Positions 1 to 7,997 of a stretch of DNA of 64,000 nucleotides are shown in pieces. The position numbers were made by a program, and so were the translations under genes. Numbering within the stretch: position 1 is the stretch's first letter; each line of letters opens with the position of its first letter. The notes beneath the pieces are model-generated. The model was not told where the DNA came from and made no database searches. It saw only the letters and a list, made by a program, of their open reading frames with translations. The stretch is from assembly GCA_040387835.1 (NCBI GenBank), contig JAZKCZ010000002.1, forward strand, positions 183,074 to 247,073, read 5' to 3'. The stretch comes from Myxococcota bacterium (GTDB lineage: Bacteria; Myxococcota; UBA727; JABDBI01).

Positions 1-9
1 TGCATCGAC

Positions 10-36
10 CTCCCCCGCTCAGACGGTGCCGGGGAG
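10..36. repeat. GC-rich imperfect palindrome (ctcccccgc / gccggggag, 9-nt loop)
   Basis: Inverted repeat with an 8/9 stem read directly; C-run/G-run arms resemble the elements at 44141-44170 and 46421-46455. Confidence 0.4.
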
Positions 37-235
37 CGATGAACTACTTATCGTTTTTTAGGCGACAGCAAGTTTAGCGCTGTTATTGTTAGCGTTTATA
101 TTTTTCCAGTTTTTTTAACACGGTTACTGAAAACCCGCGACGTGCCATTTTTCGTTCTTATTCCCCGTCGAAACCAGGTCGCCCCCATGGCGTCCTACTA
201 AACCATTTTAGGCTTAAATTCGCCAAAGCGCAAGG

Positions 236-2098
236 CTAAGGCCTGGTTGAGAGATCTTCATCCGTGGGGCAAATGGACATATCAATTTTGGGGGCTGCCG
301 CTGTGACACAAGCAGGGTTCGTTTCGTCCGTCCCTGGCACGACTTGCAGCCAAACAGGCCTCGTAAAACCGTTCACAAAGGTCACGTCTAAATAAGTCGT
401 AGGCCCTAGCGTGCTGCCATTACCGGTTTGTTCACATCCCGCGGTATTCGCAAGCGTACAACCGAAAGTGCCCTCTACCGCCGTTTCGATATCTGGTTGA
501 GGCCCGTACGAACGTCCAGTATAACCGCCATTATCTCCTGTTTCACCTGTCGCGCAATTAAATCCGGTCGGATCACATCCAGTTTTCGACCAAATATTAA
601 AGCTTTGCAGGCCTTTTGCCTGCGTCTTATAGCGGTGACTACTTCCTGGCGCCAACGAAATTAAACAATCGTCAGCATTGACAGTCATATTTGGGACGCC
701 TGTAGGCGGTGGCACACAATAAGCTGGAACAGGAGCGGCCGCGGGCACTGGTTTAGCCTGCACCCAAATAGGATAACTGCAGTTGTTGTATGCCCCGAAT
801 CTGGAATCAGACGTCCCAAAGATGGTGCTGAGTTGCGCATTGGATAAAACGGCTGAGCCTGGGCAAAATATAGCAATGCTCTTTGACTTCGCCGAGTTAC
901 AAACGGTTTGGCCTGCAGCATCGTCGTATTGCCAAGTATAATACCCTTTGGGATTGACAGCCTTAAGGTTGGCCACATACTTAGATCTCGATAATGGTCC
1001 CATGGCGCCAATAATATGTGCCAGCCCCCCAGTAGACGCACCACCATTCGCTGCGAAGCAAAAACCTCTGTTATCACCACAAAAATTGCCCCAAGCATTT
1101 AAAATAGAGTAATTCGTATTGCCAGCAACGTTCGGCACCGGAGACGTTTGACCACTGATATCATCGTTACTGTAAGGGTTTGCATAGAGAAGGGTCGCGT
1201 CCAAATAAGTAGGCACTTCCACCGGAACAACGATGCTCGGATCCTCATAAGTAATTTGATTGCCTATACCGAGGCCGCCCCAGACAGTTGGAGCATTCAC
1301 AATCGTCGCTGGAGACATGCACCCAAGAGGTTTGCCAGAGTCATACAAATTTTTGACCTGCAGGTTTATGGACTCCATTGGGGTCGTTGTTTTAACCCAG
1401 TTTTGACAGGAAAATCCGTTGGCAAAGCTGCTATCAATCTTACAGCTATCGACTATTGGTCCTGCAGGTGTGATCTGTTGTCCCGGTGCAGTTTGGCTTT
1501 GATTCTGAATAGAACACGTACCCGTTTGGGAAACGGTTCCCCCTGAAGTCATTACATAGAAGTAACAATTATTGCCCACCGCAGAGTTGACGGTAGGACA
1601 GCCAGGGCAATTGAGCGTGGCACCAACAGGACAAAGCCAGGCTTTGAAAGCATTCACGGGGATTCCTGCCGCAGCATAATTTGACTGATCTACAATCGAA
1701 CAGTTGGCATTAACGGGGCGTTCAAACACATCAAGCAACTTTCGGTCGTAGCCTGTGAAACTCGTAATCGTATTAAACCTTGGAGCAGCTTTCAGATAAG
1801 CCATCGCAGCGGACCAATTAGCCTGACCAATTTGGTTGAGCGCATCGGTTAATCCGTTTTCCTGCCACGCTGCCAAAAATTCAGGCGTATAGACAGAGCC
1901 CCAAAGCACCTGATCAGCGGCATCATTGCTATAAAGCGCCCAATTCGTTCCGTCTAAGCCGGAAGGATTAGACGGTGTATTTGGATTTTGGGAACCGGAT
2001 CCGCTCGAGCAATCAAGAATAAGTACTGTCAGCAATCCGAAGAAAATCAAATTTAGGCGCACATAATTAGCATATAATTTGATCCAACTGACAATCAA
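236..2098 (-). CDS. Cys-rich secreted lipoprotein, function unassigned (possible carbohydrate-active C-terminal segment)
   Basis: 620-aa ORF; N-terminal hydrophobic signal with lipobox-like LILDCSS; many Cys; no confident motif. Confidence 0.6.
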   Translation of the reverse strand: MIVSWIKLYANYVRLNLIFFGLLTVLILDCSSGSGSQNPNTPSNPSGLDGTNWALYSNDAADQVLWGSVYTPEFLAAWQENGLTDALNQIGQANWSAAMAYLKAAPRFNTITSFTGYDRKLLDVFERPVNANCSIVDQSNYAAAGIPVNAFKAWLCPVGATLNCPGCPTVNSAVGNNCYFYVMTSGGTVSQTGTCSIQNQSQTAPGQQITPAGPIVDSCKIDSSFANGFSCQNWVKTTTPMESINLQVKNLYDSGKPLGCMSPATIVNAPTVWGGLGIGNQITYEDPSIVVPVEVPTYLDATLLYANPYSNDDISGQTSPVPNVAGNTNYSILNAWGNFCGDNRGFCFAANGGASTGGLAHIIGAMGPLSRSKYVANLKAVNPKGYYTWQYDDAAGQTVCNSAKSKSIAIFCPGSAVLSNAQLSTIFGTSDSRFGAYNNCSYPIWVQAKPVPAAAPVPAYCVPPPTGVPNMTVNADDCLISLAPGSSHRYKTQAKGLQSFNIWSKTGCDPTGFNCATGETGDNGGYTGRSYGPQPDIETAVEGTFGCTLANTAGCEQTGNGSTLGPTTYLDVTFVNGFTRPVWLQVVPGTDETNPACVTAAAPKIDMSICPTDEDLSTRP

Positions 2099-2763
2099 GT
2101 ATCTTCTTGAATGATTTGCTCAAGCGCAGCCTGAGCCTTTTCGCCTTCTGGGGTGTCTGCAAAGTTTTTACTCACATATTCAAAGCGAGCGGCCGCGCCT
2201 TTAACTTTGTTTCGCTTTAAGTAAAACTGACCGACGTGTAAATCTCTCGCCGCAAGCTGAGATCTGAGTTGCAGACGCATCTTTCGGGCTTCTTCCACCG
2301 ATTTGTCTTCAGGATACTGAGCCAAATATTTGTCCAAAGCAGTTAAAGCTTCGGCAGTAGCCGTCTGGTCTTTCACGTAATTGCTGGGAAGAAAGAAGTA
2401 ATTTTCTGGAATGGCATTGTAGTAAGCCTTGGCGATTTGAAACCAAGCATAAGCGTTTTGCTCATGTCTTGGATGGAAACGAAGATAGAAATCATAGGCG
2501 TCAGCTGCCTCCAACCATTTTTCTTGAGCAAAATACAGATCGCCCAGTCTTAAATCACTCAAAACGGCATATTTCGAGTAGGGATATTTACTTCGAACTT
2601 CTTCGAAATGCTTGTGTGCGTCTTCGTAAAGTTTGGCCGCAAATGCTTTCTCTGCAGCTTCGTAGGTGCCTTTAATGTTGTCTTGGTAGGAAACCGTTTG
2701 GCCAGTTTGAACGCCGGCGCAAGATCCGAGCAATACAAGCGATAACAAAGCAAAGCTTTTCAT
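2095..2763 (-). CDS. bamD: outer membrane protein assembly factor BamD (TPR lipoprotein)
   Basis: Signal peptide with LGSC lipobox; YfiO/BamD-like TPR sequence (RLGDLYFAQEKWLEAADAY); 4-bp overlap with murI. Confidence 0.75.
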   Translation of the reverse strand: MKSFALLSLVLLGSCAGVQTGQTVSYQDNIKGTYEAAEKAFAAKLYEDAHKHFEEVRSKYPYSKYAVLSDLRLGDLYFAQEKWLEAADAYDFYLRFHPRHEQNAYAWFQIAKAYYNAIPENYFFLPSNYVKDQTATAEALTALDKYLAQYPEDKSVEEARKMRLQLRSQLAARDLHVGQFYLKRNKVKGAAARFEYVSKNFADTPEGEKAQAALEQIIQEDT

Positions 2764-3587
2764 TCCGACACTCCTACATCAATGAGTTCAATCTGTCTTT
2801 CAGGGACAGAATAACCTAAAAAAACACTCGATAGCGCTCTGAACCGCTCAGGCGCATCGGTAACATAAACTTTAAGCTCACCGCTGTCTCTATTTGACGG
2901 TTCAAACTGCGCCAATGCCGCTGTGGCGTGCCCACTATCGATCCAAATCGTTTCAGCTGGCATCACTTTCTTCAATGTCGTCAATAGCATCGGATAATGC
3001 GTACAGCCTAAAATAACAGCCTGAGGAAGCTTCGGCAGCTGATCCAAATAGTGCCGCGCTAGACTTTCAGCGATGGGGCCTTCAATCAGACCTTCTTCTA
3101 CCAGCGGTACCCACAATGGGCAAGCCAATGAAAATACCTCGCCCTTATACCCCTGATTATTCAAAGTTTTTTCATAGGCATTGGAGCCAATGGTTCCTGT
3201 GGTTGCTAAAACCGCAACCGACTTGATTTCGGGCCGATTCGAAACTTCAAAAGCGCCTGGTTTAATAACGCCTAGCACCGGGATCGAAAGCTCTTTTTGT
3301 AACGCAGGCAGAGCATGAGCAGTCGCCGTATTACAAGCCACCACCAGAAGCTTAAGATCTACCGAACGCATTAAAGCTTTGGCATTGTTTAAAGCATACT
3401 TAATAACTGTTTCAGGGCTCTTGGTGCCGTAGGGAACGCGAGCGGTATCCCCCAGGTAAGCCATTGATTCATTAGGGAATTTCTTCAAAAGCGCAGATAA
3501 AACGGTTAAACCGCCTAATCCCGAGTCAAATACCCCAATGCTTCTATTGTCTGCCATATTCGCTGATATACTATATAAATATTGCAA
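2760..3587 (-). CDS. murI: glutamate racemase
   Basis: VFDSGLGGLTVL motif and C-terminal GCTHYP motif. Confidence 0.9.
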   Translation of the reverse strand: MQYLYSISANMADNRSIGVFDSGLGGLTVLSALLKKFPNESMAYLGDTARVPYGTKSPETVIKYALNNAKALMRSVDLKLLVVACNTATAHALPALQKELSIPVLGVIKPGAFEVSNRPEIKSVAVLATTGTIGSNAYEKTLNNQGYKGEVFSLACPLWVPLVEEGLIEGPIAESLARHYLDQLPKLPQAVILGCTHYPMLLTTLKKVMPAETIWIDSGHATAALAQFEPSNRDSGELKVYVTDAPERFRALSSVFLGYSVPERQIELIDVGVSE

Positions 3588-3627
3588 AAAATCAACTGGG
3601 GCGAAACAAATTGGACCTTCAGCCGAT

Positions 3628-3978
3628 ATGCCCCATATGGCTCATCGCATTTTGATTGCCGACCCCAATAAGACGGTCCGACTGGCCGCACAAATGATAT
3701 TTGCCAAGTCTCCAGATGTCATCCTGGCCACTGCTATCAATAGCTTTGATGCGCTGAACAAAATGCATTTGCTAAAACCGGTGTTCACACTGATGGATGC
3801 GGAGCTTGCTCATCAATTATGCACGAATCTAAGTCGGACACCTTGCCCGGTGGTCGTTCTAAGAAAGCCGTTTTCTACGGTTGATTTGGTCGCTCAAGTA
3901 AGAGAAGCCTTAAGCAGCCTGATTCCACAAAGCCAGAATCAAAGTTACCCCACCGAGGCCAGCGAAAATAATGTCTAA
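3628..3978 (+). CDS. single-domain response regulator receiver (CheY-like)
   Basis: RILIADP...FTLMDAEL (phospho-acceptor Asp)...LRKPF (conserved Lys); start chosen at an internal Met to clear murI. Confidence 0.6.
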   Translation: MPHMAHRILIADPNKTVRLAAQMIFAKSPDVILATAINSFDALNKMHLLKPVFTLMDAELAHQLCTNLSRTPCPVVVLRKPFSTVDLVAQVREALSSLIPQSQNQSYPTEASENNV

Positions 3979-4377
3979 AAGCATCGAAATCATAAAAGGC
4001 GTAAAAAATCTTTTAGCAATTCGAGCGATCGATTCAAGTCGCTTTTGGTCAACCTGATAAAATTTGTAATTAATTGTCTCGATATAGCGCTTCAATAAAA
4101 AAAATAGAAATACCGCGCCAGCACTTGAAAATACGCTCAATGCGATACCTAGGTTTTGCGGATAGATCATACCTTGATCGAGCACACTAATCGCCACCGT
4201 AATCGAAATGGCGTTGACACATAGCATTGCCGTCAAAAAATGGCTTAAAAGTCCGGCTTTGATGTTTCCAAATTCGGACACAGAAACATTTTTAATGTAT
4301 TCCATATATAATATATAACATAAAACCGAAATAAAACGCGCGTTCCAACTGTTAACCTTAGATGAATAGATGGACAA
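3910..4377 (-). CDS. small integral membrane protein (about 4 TM), unassigned
   Basis: Hydrophobic ORF; visibly AT-richer than its neighbours; start uncertain (4377 or 4305). Confidence 0.45.
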   Translation of the reverse strand: MSIYSSKVNSWNARFISVLCYILYMEYIKNVSVSEFGNIKAGLLSHFLTAMLCVNAISITVAISVLDQGMIYPQNLGIALSVFSSAGAVFLFFLLKRYIETINYKFYQVDQKRLESIARIAKRFFTPFMISMLLDIIFAGLGGVTLILALWNQAA

Positions 4378-5858
4378 TGTTAGTCATATGCGCCTACGGA
4401 TTTACGTGCCAAGCCCAGAAAGTTTTTCAAGATCACATATATAGCTACAATGCCAGCGTGTTTTTCGATCAAAGCGGGCTTTCGGTCAATGCAACGCCCC
4501 ATGAGCGAGAGGCCGAATTCCTCAAACGTAAAGCCAAAGCTTACCAACAAGTCGTTGCTTCTGCCGTTGCTCCCATGATCATGGGGGGCGCCCTTTATGT
4601 GGGTTATATTTCACTACCACATCGAGCTAATCGGCCACCTGCAGCTGCTGCTGTTGGATTCGGCAGTGCAGCACTCTTTTTCTCAACGGTTTTTTCAGGC
4701 ATCGTTCAAACCATCACACAACCGTACTCATTGGAGCTGCAGCAAAGTATTACTGGCTTTATTGAGTCTGCGCGCCGAATATTTTCCGGCCCCCCCAATG
4801 ATGAAATTCAGCAACTTGAAATCGAGTATGTTAAAACCAAACCTCAATACTCAAGCAGCGCCAGTGGAGCCATCGAATGGCATTTCCGAAAATTAAGAAA
4901 GCCGGATTCCATGCGGATGATCGAAACCTCCGGGCAAAAAGAAGACCCAGCTCTACTCTTTTTGCGAAACGCGCTTTCTCTGCCCAGACTCCCTAAAAAG
5001 ATTACTTACGATCAAGCCCGGTTCATGAGGCAATTTGCGCCTTACCAAGAAATGATGTCTGGCAACCCATTTCATGATTTCGAGAGGTTTGGCCGTGCGC
5101 TTGCCAGAGCCAGCACACATCAAAATCTAAAGCTTAAAACGTCCCTTTATCTTCAAGGCCCACCCGGCGTTGGCAAAACAGAAGCTGTTTTCAGACTAGG
5201 TGCAGCTCTAGACATTCCAGTAATCAAAATAAATCTAGCCGAATTTCATAGCATTGCCGACCTGAAGGGAAGTAAATGCGAATATTTTGGAGTATCGAAG
5301 TGTACTCCGGGCTATATTGCAGAAGAGTTGATACGACTATCCAGTGAGGGTAAGCCGTTTAAAAATGTCATCCTATTTTTCGACGAAGCCGACCAGGTCC
5401 TGAATCGTAGACATGAAGGACAAAGTCACGAATTCGTATCTTTCATGCTAGACCTTCTAGAAGGCAAAACTCAATCGCTTCACAATTCATATTTTGGCTT
5501 CGACATCGATATCAGGCATTTTGCCTGTATTCTCGCTGGCAACCAAATGCTTCAAAATGCCGCTTTAGAAAGTCGGCTGGATTTGGTGACTTTTGGAAAC
5601 TACACGAAAAGCTATCGCATTGCTGCGGCCAAAGAACGCTTTTTGCCTGAGATTTTATCGCAATATCAAAACATAATTGGACTCGGCGATTTCACCGAGC
5701 AAGACTGGAAAGCGATAGACGCTATCGCCGCATCCGAGCATGCCGTTTTAGAAACAACCGGCCAAGATCCAGGATTTCGAAATCAAATCAGAGCTTTAGA
5801 TCGTTTCGTGCATCAAAAAATCGGAGACTCGCCATCAGCAGCATCGTCAGCCAACTGA
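4362..5858 (+). CDS. membrane-anchored AAA+ ATPase (classical AAA clade-like)
   Basis: Walker A LQGPPGVGKTEAV; Walker B ILFFDEADQ; sensor-1-like ILAGN; N-terminal hydrophobic segments. Confidence 0.75.
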   Translation: MNRWTMLVICAYGFTCQAQKVFQDHIYSYNASVFFDQSGLSVNATPHEREAEFLKRKAKAYQQVVASAVAPMIMGGALYVGYISLPHRANRPPAAAAVGFGSAALFFSTVFSGIVQTITQPYSLELQQSITGFIESARRIFSGPPNDEIQQLEIEYVKTKPQYSSSASGAIEWHFRKLRKPDSMRMIETSGQKEDPALLFLRNALSLPRLPKKITYDQARFMRQFAPYQEMMSGNPFHDFERFGRALARASTHQNLKLKTSLYLQGPPGVGKTEAVFRLGAALDIPVIKINLAEFHSIADLKGSKCEYFGVSKCTPGYIAEELIRLSSEGKPFKNVILFFDEADQVLNRRHEGQSHEFVSFMLDLLEGKTQSLHNSYFGFDIDIRHFACILAGNQMLQNAALESRLDLVTFGNYTKSYRIAAAKERFLPEILSQYQNIIGLGDFTEQDWKAIDAIAASEHAVLETTGQDPGFRNQIRALDRFVHQKIGDSPSAASSAN

Positions 5859-6472
5859 AACTGAAGGCCAAAATCGGCACCAAAACGGGCCATTTTTTCT
5901 TCCTGTGCCTTGCTGGCACCCACTGAAATTGCACCTAGTCGGCAAGCGCATTCAAACAGCTTGCCGGTCTTATTTTTGAGTGTTTCCACAGTTTTTCGAG
6001 GGCTGATCAAGTCATCGACTTGGCCCAAAATCATCCCCAAGCTGCCGATAGCCTCGGACAAAACCAAACACTGCCTAGCTGGTTGAACGGCTGCGTTTGC
6101 TACAAACCTGAAAGCGTCAGATAAAAGCGCGTCCCCAGTTAAAACCGCAATCGCTTCGCCAAACTTTCGATGTGTGCTGGGTTTACCGCGGCGATAGTCA
6201 TCGTCATCCATGCACGGCAGATCGTCATGTATGAGCGAATATGCGTGTATGTATTCCACTGCCAGCGCAGCGGGCATAGCTAAGCGCAACGCATGCTTGC
6301 CGGAGAGCTCTGCTGCCTCAAAAACCATAAGCGGCCTAATTCTTTTACCTTCGCCTAAGAGCGCATAACTCATGGCTGCTTTCAAAAGCTTGGCGGCAGG
6401 CGTTTTGTTGCCTTCAAAGCGTTCATCCAGACTGCGCTTAAGGCGCATTTCAAAGTGGCTTTTTAGTTCCAT
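5813..6472 (-). CDS. ispA: polyprenyl diphosphate synthase (IspA-like), C-terminally truncated; possibly a pseudogene
   Basis: First Asp-rich motif LIHDDLPCMDDDDYRRG and second motif FQLADDAAD present. ORF stops 6 aa after the second motif; about 45-50 conserved C-terminal residues are absent in all frames. Confidence 0.7.
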   Translation of the reverse strand: MELKSHFEMRLKRSLDERFEGNKTPAAKLLKAAMSYALLGEGKRIRPLMVFEAAELSGKHALRLAMPAALAVEYIHAYSLIHDDLPCMDDDDYRRGKPSTHRKFGEAIAVLTGDALLSDAFRFVANAAVQPARQCLVLSEAIGSLGMILGQVDDLISPRKTVETLKNKTGKLFECACRLGAISVGASKAQEEKMARFGADFGLQFQLADDAADGESPIF

Positions 6473-6644
6473 CGGCCATCAACTGTTCGATTTTACCTTG
6501 CATTTCTTGCAGGCGTTTCTCTGCGTCTTTAACCGCTTTCACGCCTTGCTCATAAATTTCCAAGCTCTTTTCCAAAGGCTGATCGCCTTTTTCAAGTTGA
6601 CCAATTAGGGTCTCTAAGGTTTTTAAAGTTGTTTCAAATTCCAT
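6450..6644 (-). CDS. xseB: exodeoxyribonuclease VII small subunit
   Basis: 64-aa helical protein with XseB-like sequence, immediately downstream of xseA. Confidence 0.85.
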   Translation of the reverse strand: MEFETTLKTLETLIGQLEKGDQPLEKSLEIYEQGVKAVKDAEKRLQEMQGKIEQLMADGTKKPL

Positions 6645-7830
6645 TTTTCTCTCTCACTGTGACACCTAAACTTCCGTCCGACAACCGAAGGCTCAAGGAG
6701 TCTCCTACTTTGACCTGCTCTATCCGTGAAACAATATGATCCTCATGATAGACTGCGCCGTACCCACGAAGAAGAACTTTCAAAGGCGATAAAGCCTCAA
6801 GCCGTGCAGCTGCCACGCCAAAACGCTCTTTCGCTCTTTGCATGCGCCTTTGCATCGTTTTTTCCAGGCGCTGCGCCTGCACATCCAAACGTTGTGCAAA
6901 CTGCAGCAACATTGCCTGCGGTGAAATTAATCGTTTCGAAAAATTTGCCAAAGCCAGCTGGACTTTAGAAACCAGCGCCTTGGCAAGCTTATGAAAGCGG
7001 TTCTCATAGACACTCAGGCGCTGCAGGAGCTCCGCCTTATCTGGGACGACCGTTTGAGCGGCATGAGTCGGCGTCGCACAACGCAAATCAGCCACGAAAT
7101 CTGCGATGCTAAAATCCGTTTCATGCCCAACTGCACTAATAATCGGCGTTTGACAGGCGTAAATCGCTCTGGCCAGAACTTCTTCATTAAATGCCCAAAG
7201 ATCTTCCAAAGACCCACCACCGCGGCTTAAGATAATCACGTCGCATTCACCGCTATTATCCAACTTACGCAAAGTTTCAGCCAGCTCCACGCTGGAGCCC
7301 TGCCCTTGAACACGGGCCGGCCCAAGCAAAATATTAACGCCAGGCATGCGCTGCCTAAAAATCCGCAGCATATCTTGCAAGGCTGCACCTTGCGGCGATG
7401 TAACCAGCCCCACGGTCCTTGGGAAAAATGGCAATGGCTTTTTAATGCTTGGATCAAAGAGGCCTTCTTTGTGCAGTTTCTCTTTGAGTTGCTCGAAAGC
7501 CAACGCCAACGCACCAGCGCCCACCGGCTCCATTTGCTCAACAATAATCTGAATTTTACTCTGAGGGGCGTAAACGGACACTCGGCCCTTCACACAAACC
7601 AACATGCCGTCTGCCGCTTCAAATTTCACTCTGTCACAAGCAGCTTTAAACATGACAGCCGGAACAATCGCCTGATCGTCCTTCAAATCAAAATACCAAT
7701 GACCAGACCGCCACGGTTTAAATGACGAAATCTCGCCAATCAACATCACCGATCGGTATTTGGCTTCCAAATCTAGGCGCACGCTGGCAATCAGTTGGCT
7801 AACGGTTAAGGCATTTTCCATGGGCAGCAC
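6634..7830 (-). CDS. xseA: exodeoxyribonuclease VII large subunit
   Basis: 398 aa; OB-fold N-terminus and catalytic core typical of XseA; xseA-xseB-ispA synteny. Confidence 0.9.
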   Translation of the reverse strand: MLPMENALTVSQLIASVRLDLEAKYRSVMLIGEISSFKPWRSGHWYFDLKDDQAIVPAVMFKAACDRVKFEAADGMLVCVKGRVSVYAPQSKIQIIVEQMEPVGAGALALAFEQLKEKLHKEGLFDPSIKKPLPFFPRTVGLVTSPQGAALQDMLRIFRQRMPGVNILLGPARVQGQGSSVELAETLRKLDNSGECDVIILSRGGGSLEDLWAFNEEVLARAIYACQTPIISAVGHETDFSIADFVADLRCATPTHAAQTVVPDKAELLQRLSVYENRFHKLAKALVSKVQLALANFSKRLISPQAMLLQFAQRLDVQAQRLEKTMQRRMQRAKERFGVAAARLEALSPLKVLLRGYGAVYHEDHIVSRIEQVKVGDSLSLRLSDGSLGVTVREKNGI

Positions 7831-7865
7831 AACTTATGTTTGCCTTAGACAAAACAATCAAGGGG

Positions 7866-7900
7866 CTATTGACGGCCGTCCAATACCAGCTTAAGAGCTA
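7866..7900 (+). promoter_or_regulatory. putative promoter of tRNA-Leu (TTGACG -35, shared CTATTGACGGnCCGT motif)
   Basis: TTGACG at 7869-7874, about 35 nt upstream of the tRNA; the same 14-16-mer recurs upstream of tRNA-Ser. Confidence 0.4.
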
Positions 7901-7908
7901 AAGCTGTT

Positions 7909-7995
7909 GCCGGAGTGGTGGAACTGGTAGACGCGCTGGACTCAAAATCCAGTGTCCTCACGGGCGTGTCGGTTCGATTCCGACCTCCGGCACCA
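7909..7995 (+). tRNA. tRNA-Leu (anticodon CAA)
   Basis: Cloverleaf read by eye: acceptor GCCGGAG/CTCCGGC, anticodon loop ctCAAaa, long variable arm, encoded CCA. Confidence 0.9.
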
Positions 7996-7997
7996 TC

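Noticed and set aside
428-1546. Track ORFs 428-664(+), 685-1098(-), 1148-1546(+) inside the 620-aa lipoprotein gene
   Set aside because: They lie antisense to or out-of-frame within a long, well-supported ORF, have no RBS or motifs, and are typical shadow ORFs. The same applies to the many other 60-140-aa ORFs nested in clpX, trpEG, acyl-CoA dehydrogenase, rpsA, gcvP and similar genes.
5640-5833. A frameshift at the A6 run (5815-5820) that could restore full-length ispA
   Set aside because: I translated the -1 and +1 frames downstream. Both hit stops within 2-15 codons and show no FPPS motif VI-like sequence, so a simple indel does not rescue the gene.
7306-7725. 139-aa plus-strand ORF inside xseA
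   Set aside because: Antisense shadow ORF of a high-confidence gene.
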